This document shows positions 1-11,583 of a stretch of DNA of 64,000 nucleotides, piece after piece (the first letter of the stretch is position 1; every line of letters starts with the position of its first letter). Source of the DNA: Rhynchopus sp. YZ270_cl-10. Lineage: Eukaryota. Made by a program: the position numbers and the translations under genes. Location of the stretch: contig OZ037835.1 of NCBI GenBank assembly GCA_964035575.1, positions 310,001 through 374,000 on the forward strand, read 5' to 3'. The notes under the pieces were generated by a model, which had not been told where the DNA came from, ran no database searches, and saw nothing but the letters and a program-made list of their open reading frames with translations.

Positions 1-1538
1 AGGGATCAAGAAAAACAAAGACGAAAGGGGGCTTGGGGGGAAGAGTTTAATCTTTGAACGCATCCCCACACTCAGTCACACGCAAGAGACAACAAACAGT
101 TTGGAAGTGGAATTCTTCTACTAAAAACGATCATCCAGAATGGCAGATGTGGTGAAACACCATAACTCCCACAACCCTTAGAAAGACACCCCGCAAGCCA
201 TGCATAGTGGGGCAAGACAAAGCAACCAAAAGAGGAAGAGGACAACTTGCAAGTGTGCAGAAGAGTGTTTGGAAGCTAAGGGTACAAAGGTGCTACACCC
301 ACGTAGGGGCGAACAACCTTCGTGACCACACGAGGTCTTTAAACAAGCTACAAGGGGTGAGAGGTCTTTTGTTTTGTTTTGCTTTGTATTTTTTTGCAAG
401 CTTCGTTGTATTAGTGTAGACACCCGAGGAGTGTGCCCCACTATGTTCTCCTTTTGAACTTGGCCACCATCCTTTCGTTGGCTTCACGTCAGTTTTGTAT
501 TTTCATGACTTTTCAGTTTCTCTATCCTCTGCGATATGACGCGCAAACACGCCATTTTCAATTTGATTCGCAGACCGATACTGACTCACGAAGTTGCTGT
601 GTCAAAAAGCACCTGCCTCTGACGAGGCGGGATACCACAGCGACAACGTCTATCACTCATGCGCCTATGAGTCGCTCAATGGCGTCATCGCTTTTATCAT
701 GACTACAGGGGTCCAACCCTGCACATTTCTCTCACAACACGAAAAGCTGAAAACACACAAATGAAAAGAGGAAAGATAATAGCATGTCTGGTGCTCCTGA
801 CTACCCTGGTATTGCGTACTTCTAGCGTACTTTGGTATTTTGGATTTCTGGGGTACCAATGACCTTTCTTTTGACGTGAACAGACAAACAATAACCCTTT
901 TTACCCCAAACCGCCCAGAAATGAATGTAAAATGTTAATGTACACACTCTGTTGATTCTAAAAACGGGGTGGGAAAAAAATCGCGAATATAAATTGATTG
1001 AACTAGAGAGAAAGGCGACCAAAAAGTCGCCAATTACAAGAAACCCCCCCAAAATCCGCCAATATTATTTGTATACAACAGACGCGTACGGTTGTAAGGA
1101 AATAATACAAACCGAAATGTTTGGTGTTCTTCGGTTCGAATGATTGGAATTGCGTGTGTAGTTCAGACATAAATACTGGCTCTTCTATCTTGTTCTTTTA
1201 CTCATTGTTTTCCTTTCATTGCCCTTTGCTTGTGCTCCCCGACTCCAATTCAATCAACACTCACAGAGGGGGGCCAAAAAGTTATTAGCGTTTTTCATTT
1301 TAAAAAAGGGGGATGGGTCCAATGAAAATCACTTAGCTCAAGAATGTAGGTTTTATTATTTTGGTCGCCAAGTTTCTTGTCCTACTGTATTCCGGCTTCA
1401 CCTGTGAAGCCGCCATGCCTCCTCGACCAAATGGGCGGCGATATTCGAAGGCCCACCTCAGTGAGTTGCGCAGCTGAGTGAAGCAGCTGTCACAGCGGAG
1501 CTGCTCTACGTTCCTTGCCTAGCTTCTCCTGTCCTTCT

Positions 1539-2492
1539 TTACGAAACACTGCAGCGATGCGCGTCTGCTTTCGTCTTGTCTCTGCAACGTGTCGGAGGTG
1601 CGTCAACCACATACTTCTTCAGCGTGCATTCACGTACTCGACTGGACACAGCACTGCTGCAGCCGGCAAGGTGGATGCTCCTCAACGAAGTGCATTTGTA
1701 AGCAGGAAGCACATCAAGGTGCGTAACTCTGCTGAGTGGTGACAGGTCGAGTTCTGTGAGGCTGCTGCAGTGGGAAAGAAAGCTTGTGCCAATTCGAGTA
1801 ACATTGCTGAGTGGCGATAAGCCTACTGCTGTGAGGCTGCTGCAGTTGTAAAGAAACCAGCCATTAATTTGTGTAACTTTGCGAAGTAGTGAAAAGTCTA
1901 CTGAAGTGAGGCTGCTGCAGTTGTGAAGAAAGCTGATACAAATGTGAGTAACATTGCTGACTGGTGATAAGTCCAGTTCTGTGAGGGTGCTGCAGTCAGC
2001 AAGAAAGTGGGTACCCACCCGCATGAGACGTGTCAACCCAGACAAGTCGACGCTTGTTAACGTTGTGCACCCGTGAAGAAAATGATCACCAATTTCCGTC
2101 ACACAAGACACAGCACTCAGATCAAGTGCTGTTAACGATGTGCGCGCCAGGAACCTATTCGGAATGACAGTCGCAACCTCCGCCTGCAGAAGCAAACACG
2201 CAACCTCAGCATCCTCCACAGTCACCAGCCGCTCTGCTGTGATGTCCTCACCCAACGCATGAAGTGCTGCTCTGGCCACGAACTTCTTACTTTTCGTCAG
2301 GATGATTGTGTCTCCAGCACTCAGCTGCGTGATGTCGTCTCCTTCGTCCTTCCCTCCGAAGCCCATGTGGAAGCTGTCCTCAGCCAACCCCACTGCAGAC
2401 GCCACCTTCTGCCGCATCGTCTCCGTTGTGTCATCCACACCCACCTCGATCACATGCGAGTTGTCTGCACAGTCCTTGATAACTACTTCCAT
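1539..2492 (-). CDS. Ubiquitin-like domain + BspA-type LRR protein with C-terminal CaaX (317 aa)
   Basis: N-terminal ubiquitin-fold pattern (MEVVIK...IEVGVDDTTETMRQKV...FGGK...DTIILT), 6 x 25-aa repeats LTxxDLSPLxxVTxIxxxFLxxCSS plus cap, ends ...RCSVS*. Three close paralogs in the window. Confidence 0.85.
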   Translation of the reverse strand: MEVVIKDCADNSHVIEVGVDDTTETMRQKVASAVGLAEDSFHMGFGGKDEGDDITQLSAGDTIILTKSKKFVARAALHALGEDITAERLVTVEDAEVACLLLQAEVATVIPNRFLARTSLTALDLSAVSCVTEIGDHFLHGCTTLTSVDLSGLTRLMRVGTHFLADCSTLTELDLSPVSNVTHICISFLHNCSSLTSVDFSLLRKVTQINGWFLYNCSSLTAVGLSPLSNVTRIGTSFLSHCSSLTELDLSPLSRVTHLDVLPAYKCTSLRSIHLAGCSSAVSSRVRECTLKKYVVDAPPTRCRDKTKADAHRCSVS

Positions 2493-2955
2493 TTTGTCTT
2501 CTATTATTTGTGTTGCTCTGTTGTGTGGTCGGGTTGTGGGAGTTGGGGCTGTGGTGGGTGAACATGGTCAAAGAAAAACAACAACGGGGCTTTTGTTTTG
2601 TGCATTCTTTTTTTTTTAGGCTTTTTGTTACCTTGCTGTTTACAAAGCACCATGATTTCCTTTGCATTCGCACACAAAGCTCTGCACATTTCTCTCCCAT
2701 GCACCACATTTTAGAAATGGGTCGATGCCACGTGAATATTTGTGAACAGCATTTAGAAGTGAAAACAGAAACAAAAAAATCATATATTTGGTGCTCCTGA
2801 CGACCCCGTACCGTGGCCAGATTATCTTTTATGATTACATGCAAGACTGTAAGGAAATTGAACACCGTACCCCTATTCCCGTCCTCTTCCACTTTTCGGG
2901 TTGGAGTAGGGCCACATTTCACCGACAGGTAGAGGTGTGTGCGTTTCGCCACAAC

Positions 2956-4324
2956 TGGGGTGGCCCGGGGGCACGGCGCTTAGTTTTTACAAAAAAAATT
3001 TAAAAAAATCACAAAAATCAAAAAAAAAATCACAAAAAATCACAAATTATCACAAAAAATCACAAACAACTACTACAAAGTCACGGTACATTTGGTCGAC
3101 TTCCTGCAATCTGAACAGGGTGGAGATCAATAATCACCACACACTCAGAAGCGAGTAAAGAGGCAGCAAAAAGCGTAGCCGGCCTCAGACAGTTGTTTAT
3201 CTTGGCGATTGCCAAGGCACGGGAGCTGGCGGAGGCTCCCCAAGCACGAGGGCTACCGACTCCAACGGAGGAGGTAGAGGTGGTGTGCGCCGACACTGAC
3301 GCGACCCCCGTTACCGAAGCGACTCCGGAAACCGACGCGCCCCGACTGCAATTTGTTACATTGCGCTGTCTACAGCACATAGCCGCCACCCACCTGCACA
3401 CGCTTGTGTTCATTGGAAGGGTCGAGCCGCCTCTCAAGGCGCGTAAGACCAAGCCGCCGCCGCGCAACATCGGATTGGCCGCCCACATGACGCTGTCATC
3501 GCAAATGATGGCATGTTCCTTCTCCAATGGATTTATTGGGTGTATGTTATACTGGGACAATGTGGTCAGATCGTCTTCAGACCTGGAAAAGTGCACGACA
3601 TATAAAAGCTTCCGACTGCGGCGGGCGGCCCATTTTCACCCTTTTCTTGTTCCTCATCCTCTCTATGTTTTCACTTGCCCCTGATGCTGACAAAAATCAC
3701 GGATTTGTCCATTTCGGCGTATTGACCCCACCACACAACTGTACTGTACTGTATTCCCAATCCCCTGTGTATACTGCGGAAATTGACCAAAAACGAGAAC
3801 TTGTCCATTTCGGAAAATTGACCCCACCACTGGCCGGACGGATTCCGGAAATGCAAATGCAAGTGACTTTTCGGCGTGACTGTGTATACTCTATGTACTG
3901 TGCACTACCACAGCACAGGACCTCATAAGCTCTCAGTAAGCTCTCACAGACTCTCACAGGTTCTCGCAGCCTGTTACGTGTCTCACGGAGACGATCATAG
4001 ATCACCCAACAAAAAATCACAAAAACCAAAAAAAAAAATCACAAAAAATCACAAACAATCACAAAAAATCACAAAACCCAAAAAAAAAATCACAAATAAT
4101 CACAAAAAATCACAAACAATCACAAAAAATCACAAAAAATCACAAAAACCAAAAAAAAAAATCACAAATAATCACAAACAATCACAAAAAATCACAAAAA
4201 CCAAAAAAAAAATCACAAATAATCACAAAAAATCACAAGATTCTTTTTCATAATGTTGTGACTTTTTGTGATTTTTTCCGAAAAAACACAACGCGCCACT
4301 TCCCTGCGCGCCCGGGCCACCCCA
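2956..4324. mobile_element. Non-autonomous TIR element, TG...CA ends, 5-bp TSD
   Basis: TGGGGTGGCCCGGG at 2956 and its reverse complement ending 4324; ACAAC on both sides (2951-2955, 4325-4329). A paralogous flank near 34780-34900 lacks this element. No recognisable transposase. Confidence 0.7.
4011..4240 (+). repeat. A-rich degenerate AAAAATCAC-type tandem repeat (shorter copy at ~3001-3065)
   Basis: Directly visible; subterminal in the 2956-4324 element. Confidence 0.85.
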
Positions 4325-4895
4325 ACAACCTCTCTCCTTTGTCTTTATTGTTTAAATTTTTATACCATATTTTGGGGTTTTTGTTCGCGTAGCGTCCCTC
4401 GGGGTCCTTAGGGTCCTGGAGGATGCGTCCAATGAAAATCACGTCAGTAGAAAAGTTCGAGAATGTAGGTTTTATTATTTTTGTATACAAACATACGAAG
4501 CGGTACGCGTACGGTTTGTAAGGAAATAATACAAACCGAAATGATTGGGCTCTTTCGGATTGAATGATTTGAATAATGTGTGTGTGTGTGTTCGGAAATA
4601 TATACTGTCTCTTTTCTAGCTTGTTTACTGGGGGGGGCCGAATATAAGAAAGGGTATCTTATAATATGCGTAAGAATTAAGCGAAAATGAAGGTTTTAAA
4701 AAATTTAATTTAATTTTTTTAATTTAAGAAAGGGTATCTTAAATTCAACTTTATTCAACTTAAACTACAAAACATAACCGAATCCCCGTGTTTCTACCAG
4801 TTTAAACGCCGGCATTTGCATTTCCGGAATCCGCCCGGCCAGTGGTGGGGTCAATTTGCAGAAATGGACAAGTTCTCGTTTTTGGTCAATTTCCG

Positions 4896-5550
4896 CAGTA
4901 TACACAGTATACACAGTATACACAGTATACACAGTATACACAGTATACACAGTATACACAGTATACACAGTATACACAGTATACACAGTATACACAGTAT
5001 ACACAGTATACACAGTATACACAGTATACACAGTATACACAGTATACACAGTATACACAGTATACACAGTATACACAGTATACACAGTATACACAGTATA
5101 CACAGTATACACAGTATACACAGTATACACAGTATACACAGTATACACAGTATACACAGTATACACAGTATACACAGTATACACAGTATACACAGTATAC
5201 ACAGTATACACAGTATACACAGTATACACAGTATACACAGTATACACAGTATACACAGTATACACAGTATACACAGTATACACAGTATACACAGTATACA
5301 CAGTATACACAGTATACACAGTATACACAGTATACACAGTATACACAGTATACACAGTATACACAGTATACACAGTATACACAGTATACACAGTATACAC
5401 AGTATACACAGTATACACAGTATACACAGTATACACAGTATACACAGTATACACAGTATACACAGTATACACAGTATACACAGTATACACAGTATACACA
5501 GTATACACAGTATACACAGTATACACAGTATACACAGTATACACAGTATA
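4896..5550 (+). repeat. Perfect 9-bp tandem satellite (CAGTATACA)n, about 72-73 copies
   Basis: 655 bp of uninterrupted repeat, directly visible. Confidence 0.98.
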
Positions 5551-6872
5551 GTACTATACACAGGGGATTGGGAGTACAGTACAGGAATACTACCTCGTTG
5601 CAAACCCAAAAAAAAATCGCAAAATCTTCACATAAATTCACAAAAGTTCACAAAAATTCACAACACCTGCACGAAACCTTCACAAACATTCACATAAATT
5701 CACAAAAAACCACACACCCGTGTATCACGTGTCTTTTCACCTCGTTGCTTTATAATTTGTGGTGGGGTTTTTGGCCGGGAAATATGCATCGTCCAAAAAA
5801 CGCCGGCATTTGCATTTTTGGAATCCGTCCGTCCAGTAGTGGGGTCACTTTGCCAAAATGGACAAGTTCTTGGTACATACGTAGATACTTACACCGAGTG
5901 ACTTCACCATCGTGTTGTCACTCAGCAAGCCAACATGGGAAAAGTGCGATGATGGGTCGGGGGTGGAAGCTTAACAAGGTAATGGGTCTTGTGAGAGTGG
6001 AGGGTGACGGTATTTGCTTGTTTCATGGTATGGTGATACACAGTGATTACAGCTGCATTTGCAACATGTAATAGAAAGTGAATGTGCTCGTCGCTTGCAC
6101 CGAAGCCTCCTTAAAAAAAAGGAGGCAATACACAGAAGTATCAATGGGAATATATCATCATCAAATAGCCAGCAACACAGCGCCGCAGGCGCACGGTACG
6201 CTACTTTTTTAGTTGTAGAGGGCAGCTGATGATGGTGCAGATGTTCTGCATCGTCACTCAGTCCCCTTGTTTCGCTTTTTGGGGTATAAGCGAACGATGA
6301 TGCAGGTACTCTTTCCCTTTGCCGAAAACCTGCAGAAATAAGTAAGCATGCTGTCTCTGCAGAAAGACGAGATATGCCCTCCGAGACGAACAATTATTAT
6401 TATTTTTTTTTTTATAGATTTCCAAAAATCTGTTCGCACGCATGACACTAAACAATAATTTTAATTGTGCTACCCTAAGAAAATAAGCTTTGGGCGCATG
6501 TGAGTTGCCCTTGGGACGCCCTAATATGTACAGAGTCTTTAGATAAAGCTCAAAGTTTAATATAAGATACCCCTATCTTATATCACACATTCTCCGAAAT
6601 TGCGTATCATTTTTCAGATTTTTCACTCACTCGACCCAGATGCATATTTTTTATCGTCCGACCCCGGAATTGAACGTTTCGAAACCGCGCTTTCAAAAGA
6701 AATAAAAATCTCAAAAAAATAAAAAAAATCTTTTTTCTGAAATCATCACAGTTTTTACCACCCACTCTCAGCAACAGGTGAGAAAAGGACAGATGCATAA
6801 TTCTGTCTGAAAATACGCAGAATGGTGTTTCCGGACTCCAAACTTTTCAAAGAAAAAAAATCGAGCATTTTA

Positions 6873-7832
6873 GGGGTGGCATCAAAACAAAAAACGCGGA
6901 CAATGTCCGCGTTTTTGGGGAATTTCAGACCCCCCCCTCCCCCCCCCAAAACGCGGACATTTTTTGTTTTTTTTCCCCCTATTTTTTGCTGGTTTTTGGG
7001 TGACGGGGTGCAAATTCGTGACCCAAAACACAGTTTTTTGGCATTTCCGGAATCCGTCCAGAAAGTGGTGGGGTCAATCTCGAAAATTGGACAATTTTTT
7101 GACCACTTAAATTTTTGAAAATATGAGCCCGGTCACTAATACGTGGGGCCCATTTTCGGCCAAAAAATGCTGCTGAAAAAAAATTTCAGGTGAAAATTTT
7201 TCAGCCCCAAAACATGCCGCGATTGGCATTTCCGGGATCTGTCCGCGCTGTGGTGGGGTCAATTTGCCGAAATGGCCAAGTTCTTGGTTTTGGTCAAAAT
7301 GAGTGTAAGGTAAAGGGGCCAAGGTAAATCCCACAACCCAGATTTTCTCTCTCTGATGCTGAAACCATGAAAATGTGCAAAAACACCGGCATTTGCATTT
7401 CCGGAATCCGTCCGTTCTGTGGTGGGGTCAATTTGCCAAAATGGACAAGTTCTTGATTTTGGTCAAAACCCGTCAGTGTAAGGTAAAGGGGTCCAAGTGT
7501 TTGCCTGTAGAAGCACATGGTAGCAGAGGTTTAAGGGCCCCCCATTCGTGTACATTTTGCAAAAAAACGCGGGCATCTTGTATTTTTTATTTTGCCCGAA
7601 AACACCGGCATTTGCATTTCCTGAATCCGCCGGTTCTGTGGTGGGGTCAATTTGCCGAAATGGACGAGTTTTTATAAATTTTGGACAAAATCGTGTACAA
7701 CCCCAGTGAAGAAAAAAATTTTCGAGGAAAAAAAAACCCCAAAATGTCCGCGTTTTCTGGAATTTCAGACCCCCCCCCCTCCCCCCCCAAAAACGCGGAC
7801 ATTGTCCGCGTTTTTTGTTTTGATGCCACCCC
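6873..7832. mobile_element. Nested MITE, 48-bp perfect TIR, TTA TSD (PIF/Harbinger-like signature)
   Basis: GGGGTGGCATCAAAACAAAAAACGCGGACAATGTCCGCGTTTTTGGGG at 6873 and reverse complement ending 7832; TTA at 6870-6872 and 7833-7835. Confidence 0.85.
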
Positions 7833-9621
7833 TTAGTCAAAAAACTATTAAATTAGATTGGCTGGGATATATAAAAGTTAAATATAAGATACCCCTTTCT
7901 TATATTAGAGGTAAAAAGAAATGAAAAACGCCATTTTCCAACCCTTTCTTATATTCGACCCCTTTCTTGTATTCGACCCCTTTCTTATATTCGGCCCCCC
8001 CCAGTAATGTTCATTGTTTTCCTTTCATTGCCCTTTGCTTGTGCTCCCCGACTCCAATTCAATCAATACTCACAGAGGGGGGCCAAAAATACAATTAGCG
8101 TTTCTCGTTTTTCAAAAAAAAAAAAGAAAAAGAAAGAAAGTAAGAAAGTAAGCACGCAGATGCGTCCCTCTGTTTGTTACTGGTTATGCATGTTGGGCCT
8201 AGCGCTCGTCGCATGTCATGCTTATATGTATGCGTCATAGTACCCTTGGGCCGGTTTTACGCACAGTACCGTCGAGGGACGTACTGTTGGCAACTAACCT
8301 ACACACCTTTGTTTTTACTGTTTAGGATACGACTTGCATACAGCATACAAGCGCAGCATTTGGGCTCATACGTGTGGTGCTTCGCCCTCACTCTTTGTCA
8401 TCCGACTCAGCAGCCTTGGCGCGGGTTGTTTGACTCAGCAGACTTGGCGCGGGTTGTTTCACGAATTATGAGGAGAAAGCTACAGTTGTATTGAATTGAA
8501 TTGGAGAAGGGGATGCATCCAATGAAAATCACGTCAGTAGAAAAGTTCGAGAATGTAGGTTTTATTATTTTTGTACACAACACACGAAGCGGTACGCGCA
8601 CGGTTGTTAGGGGATGCGTCCAATGAAAATCACGTCGTTTAGAAGAGCTCAAGAATGTAGGTTTTATTATTTTTTTGAAAAAAATTGATTGTTTCCAGCA
8701 CACGCGGTGCCAGTGTGTGATGGTTTATGATTATTGCCTGAAGTACAGAAAATGGGACGGAGCACAAAAGGGTAAAATGAAAAACATATCGGGTGGGGTC
8801 TCTGATCTAATCTGTGCGGTATATATTTCCCCTAACACTCCATGTTTGGCCAGGGCCTCTCCAGCGCGTCAGTTGCAAAATTTTATTTTTCCTTCCTTCA
8901 AAACTACACACACAACGCTTTTTTGGTTTTTGGGAGACACACAAGGTGCCAGGTTCTATGATATGCACGGAACCACCCTGCACCTGTTTGTCATGTTGTT
9001 TCCCGTGCAATACATGGAGAAACATTTCGCACTCGAAACAAGGGAGGGAAAGCTTTTTGATAAAAATTAGCGAAATACAAAAACCAGCGCGTGTGGAAGA
9101 AAAAAGGAGAGGAAAATATTTTTTCTGATTCAAAGTGGTGTTTACGTTTTGGGTACGGGGCGGAGAATAAAATCTGTTCGATAAAGTAAACGCGAGCTTA
9201 TTGTTTTATCTTGTTCAAAAAAAATGGGGGAGATATGTATTGAAAATTTGGAACGCTTCCTCACCCAGATCACACAGATTAGACGTAAATAAAATAGTGA
9301 CAGAGACCATCACGAAGCTCGCAAGGGAACAGAAAGGTACAGAACGTGCCTCTGCTTGCACACATCTACAAATTTTTGTTTGATGATACACTACTCTACT
9401 CACTAGACAGCAGCCACGGTTTTTCTTCACAGGATCCTTAGAGAGCAAAGGGTATGGGTGCGCTTTGCAGGTAGGAAGTGGACGAATCCTATTATCTATT
9501 TTATTCTGTTTGGGGTGCACATCTCAAAAAGGAAATAAACAAAAAATCCTTGAGAGACTCGTTTCTCTTTGCTTGTTGCTTACAGACTATAAACGTGGAG
9601 GGGGCAATAAAGGTTTTGCGT

Positions 9622-9830
9622 TCTCTTCCATCTCCAGACTCACCGACGTCACAGAATGGGACAAGCCCAGAACCGTATCCCCCGCTGTCAGCCACGAGAT
9701 CTTGAAGGAGAATGGGTGGGTGAGGCCGCTGCCGTCGAGATGGGCGACAGCCTGGTCAGATGCCTCCTCGACCAAATGGGCGGCGATATTCGAAGGCACA
9801 CCTGAGCGAGTTGCGCAGCTGAGTGAAGCA
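9622..9830 (+). mobile_element. Possible retroelement RNase H fragment (DIRS/TATE-like); shorter copy at ~1417-1485
   Basis: Translates ...WATAWSDASSTKWAAIFEG..., resembling the xDASxxGWGA start of tyrosine-recombinase retrotransposon RNase H. Lies just downstream of two UBL-LRR paralogs. Confidence 0.4.
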
Positions 9831-11583
9831 AGCTGTCACAGCGGAGCTGCTCTACGTTCCTTGCCTAGCTTCTCATGTCGCTCTTTACGAAACACTGCAG
9901 CAAGGCAAGGATGCTTTCGTCTTGTCTCTGCCACGTGTCGGAGGTGCGTCAACCACATACTCCTTCAGCTTGGCTTCACGTACTCGACTGGACACAGCAC
10001 TGCTGCAGCCGGCAAGGTGGATGTTCCTCAACCAAGTGTCGTGGTAGTTCGTACGTATCTCACCCATGTGCGTAACATTGCGGAGTGGCGACAGGTCTAG
10101 TCCTGTGAGGTTGCTGCAGTTGTCGAGAAAGCTTGTACCAATGTTTGTAACATTGCTGAGTGGTGATAAGTCCACTGTTGTGAGGCTTCTGCAGAATGCA
10201 AGAAACTCGTGATCAATTTGTGTAACATTGCGAAGTGGTGATAAGTCTACCGCTGTGAGGCTGATGCAGTAGTAAAGAAAGCCGGTACCCACCCGCGTGA
10301 GACTGGTCAACCCAGAAAGGTCGAGGCTCGTCAACGATGTGCACCCGTAAAGGAAAGTGTCACCAACTTCGGTCACACATGACACAGCACTCAGATCAAG
10401 TGTTGTCATCGATTGACGCGCCAAGAATCCTCCCGGAATGACAGTCGCAACCTCCGCCTGCAGAAGCAAACACGCAACCTCAGCATCCTCCACCTCCTCC
10501 AGCCGCTCCGCTGTGATGTCCGTCTCAGTGTCTCGACTGGACACAGCACTGCTGCAGCCGGCAAGGTGGATGCTCCTCAACGAAGTGTCGTGGTTACTCA
10601 CAGATATAGATTGTAGCTCACCCATGTGCGTAACATTGCGAAGTGGCGACAGGTCGAGTTCTGTGAGGCTGGTGCAGTGTGCAAGAAAGCTTGTACCAAT
10701 GTGTGTAACATTGAGAAGTGGAGATAAGTCCACTTCTGTGAGGCTGGTGCAGTCGGAAAGAAAGCTCGTACTGATGTGTGTAACATTGCGAAGTGGTGAT
10801 AAGTCCACTTCTGTGAGGCTGGTGCAGTTGGCAAGAAAGCAGTCATCAATGTGTGTAACATTGCGGAGTGGAGATAAGTCTACTGCTGCGAGGCTGGTGC
10901 AGTTGTAAAGAAAGCATGCACCAAGCCCAGTAACATTGCTGAGTGGTGATAAATCCACTACTTGGAGGCTGCTGCAGTGGGCAAGAAAATTGTAATAAAT
11001 GTGAGTAACATTGCGAAGTGGAGATAAGTCTAGTTCTGTGAGGCTCCTGCAGTGGGAAAGAAAGTCGGTACCCATGTGCGTAACATTGCGAAGTGGTGAT
11101 AAGTCTACTGCTGTGAGGCCGCTGCAGCCGTAAAGAAAGCGTGTATTAATATGCGTAACATTGCTGAGAGGTGATAAGTCTAGTTCTGTGAGGCTTCTGC
11201 AGCTGGCAAGAAACCAGTCATCAATGTGTGTAACATTGCTGAGTGGTGATAAGTCCACTGCTGTGAGGCTGATGCAGCGGCTAAGAAAGTGGGTACCCAC
11301 CCGCGTGAGACGTGTCAACCCAGACAGGTCGAGGCTTGTTAACGTTGTGCACCCGTAAAGGAAACTGACAGAAATTTCCGTCACACACGACACAGCACTC
11401 AGATCAAGTCTCGTTAACGATGAACGCGCCAAGAATCCTTTCGGAATAACAGTCGCAACCTCCGCCTGCAGAAGCAAACACGCCACCTCAGCATCCTCCA
11501 CAGTCTCCAGCCGCTCTGCTGTGATGTCCTCACCCAACGCATGAAGTGCTGCTCTGGCCGCGAACTTCTTAGTTTTCGTCAGG

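Larger units (their letters stand above)
4628..8004. mobile_element. Non-autonomous DNA transposon, 27-bp perfect TIR, TA TSD (Tc1/mariner-like signature)
   Basis: CTGGGGGGGGCCGAATATAAGAAAGGG at 4628 and reverse complement ending 8004, TA on each side. The flanks (~4480-4627, 8007-8090) rejoin into a sequence seen uninterrupted at ~1070-1280. Confidence 0.85.

Noticed and set aside
1014..1369. Element bounded by GGCGACCAAAA / TTTTGGTCGCC inverted repeats
   Set aside because: Only 11 bp and no clear TSD, so boundaries cannot be supported.
3193..3684. 163-aa ORF as a transposase of the 2956-4324 element
   Set aside because: Non-ATG start and no DDE, integrase or DNA-binding motif recognised.
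3876..4253. Lys-rich ORF
   Set aside because: Translation of the AAAAATCAC repeat.
4765..6071. Six long ORFs of VYT/HSI/QYT/ILC/YCV repeats
   Set aside because: By-product of a stop-free 9-bp satellite, open in all six frames.
3705..7670. CRISPR-like repeat-spacer array
   Set aside because: Irregular spacing, degenerate units, both orientations, eukaryotic context, no cas genes.
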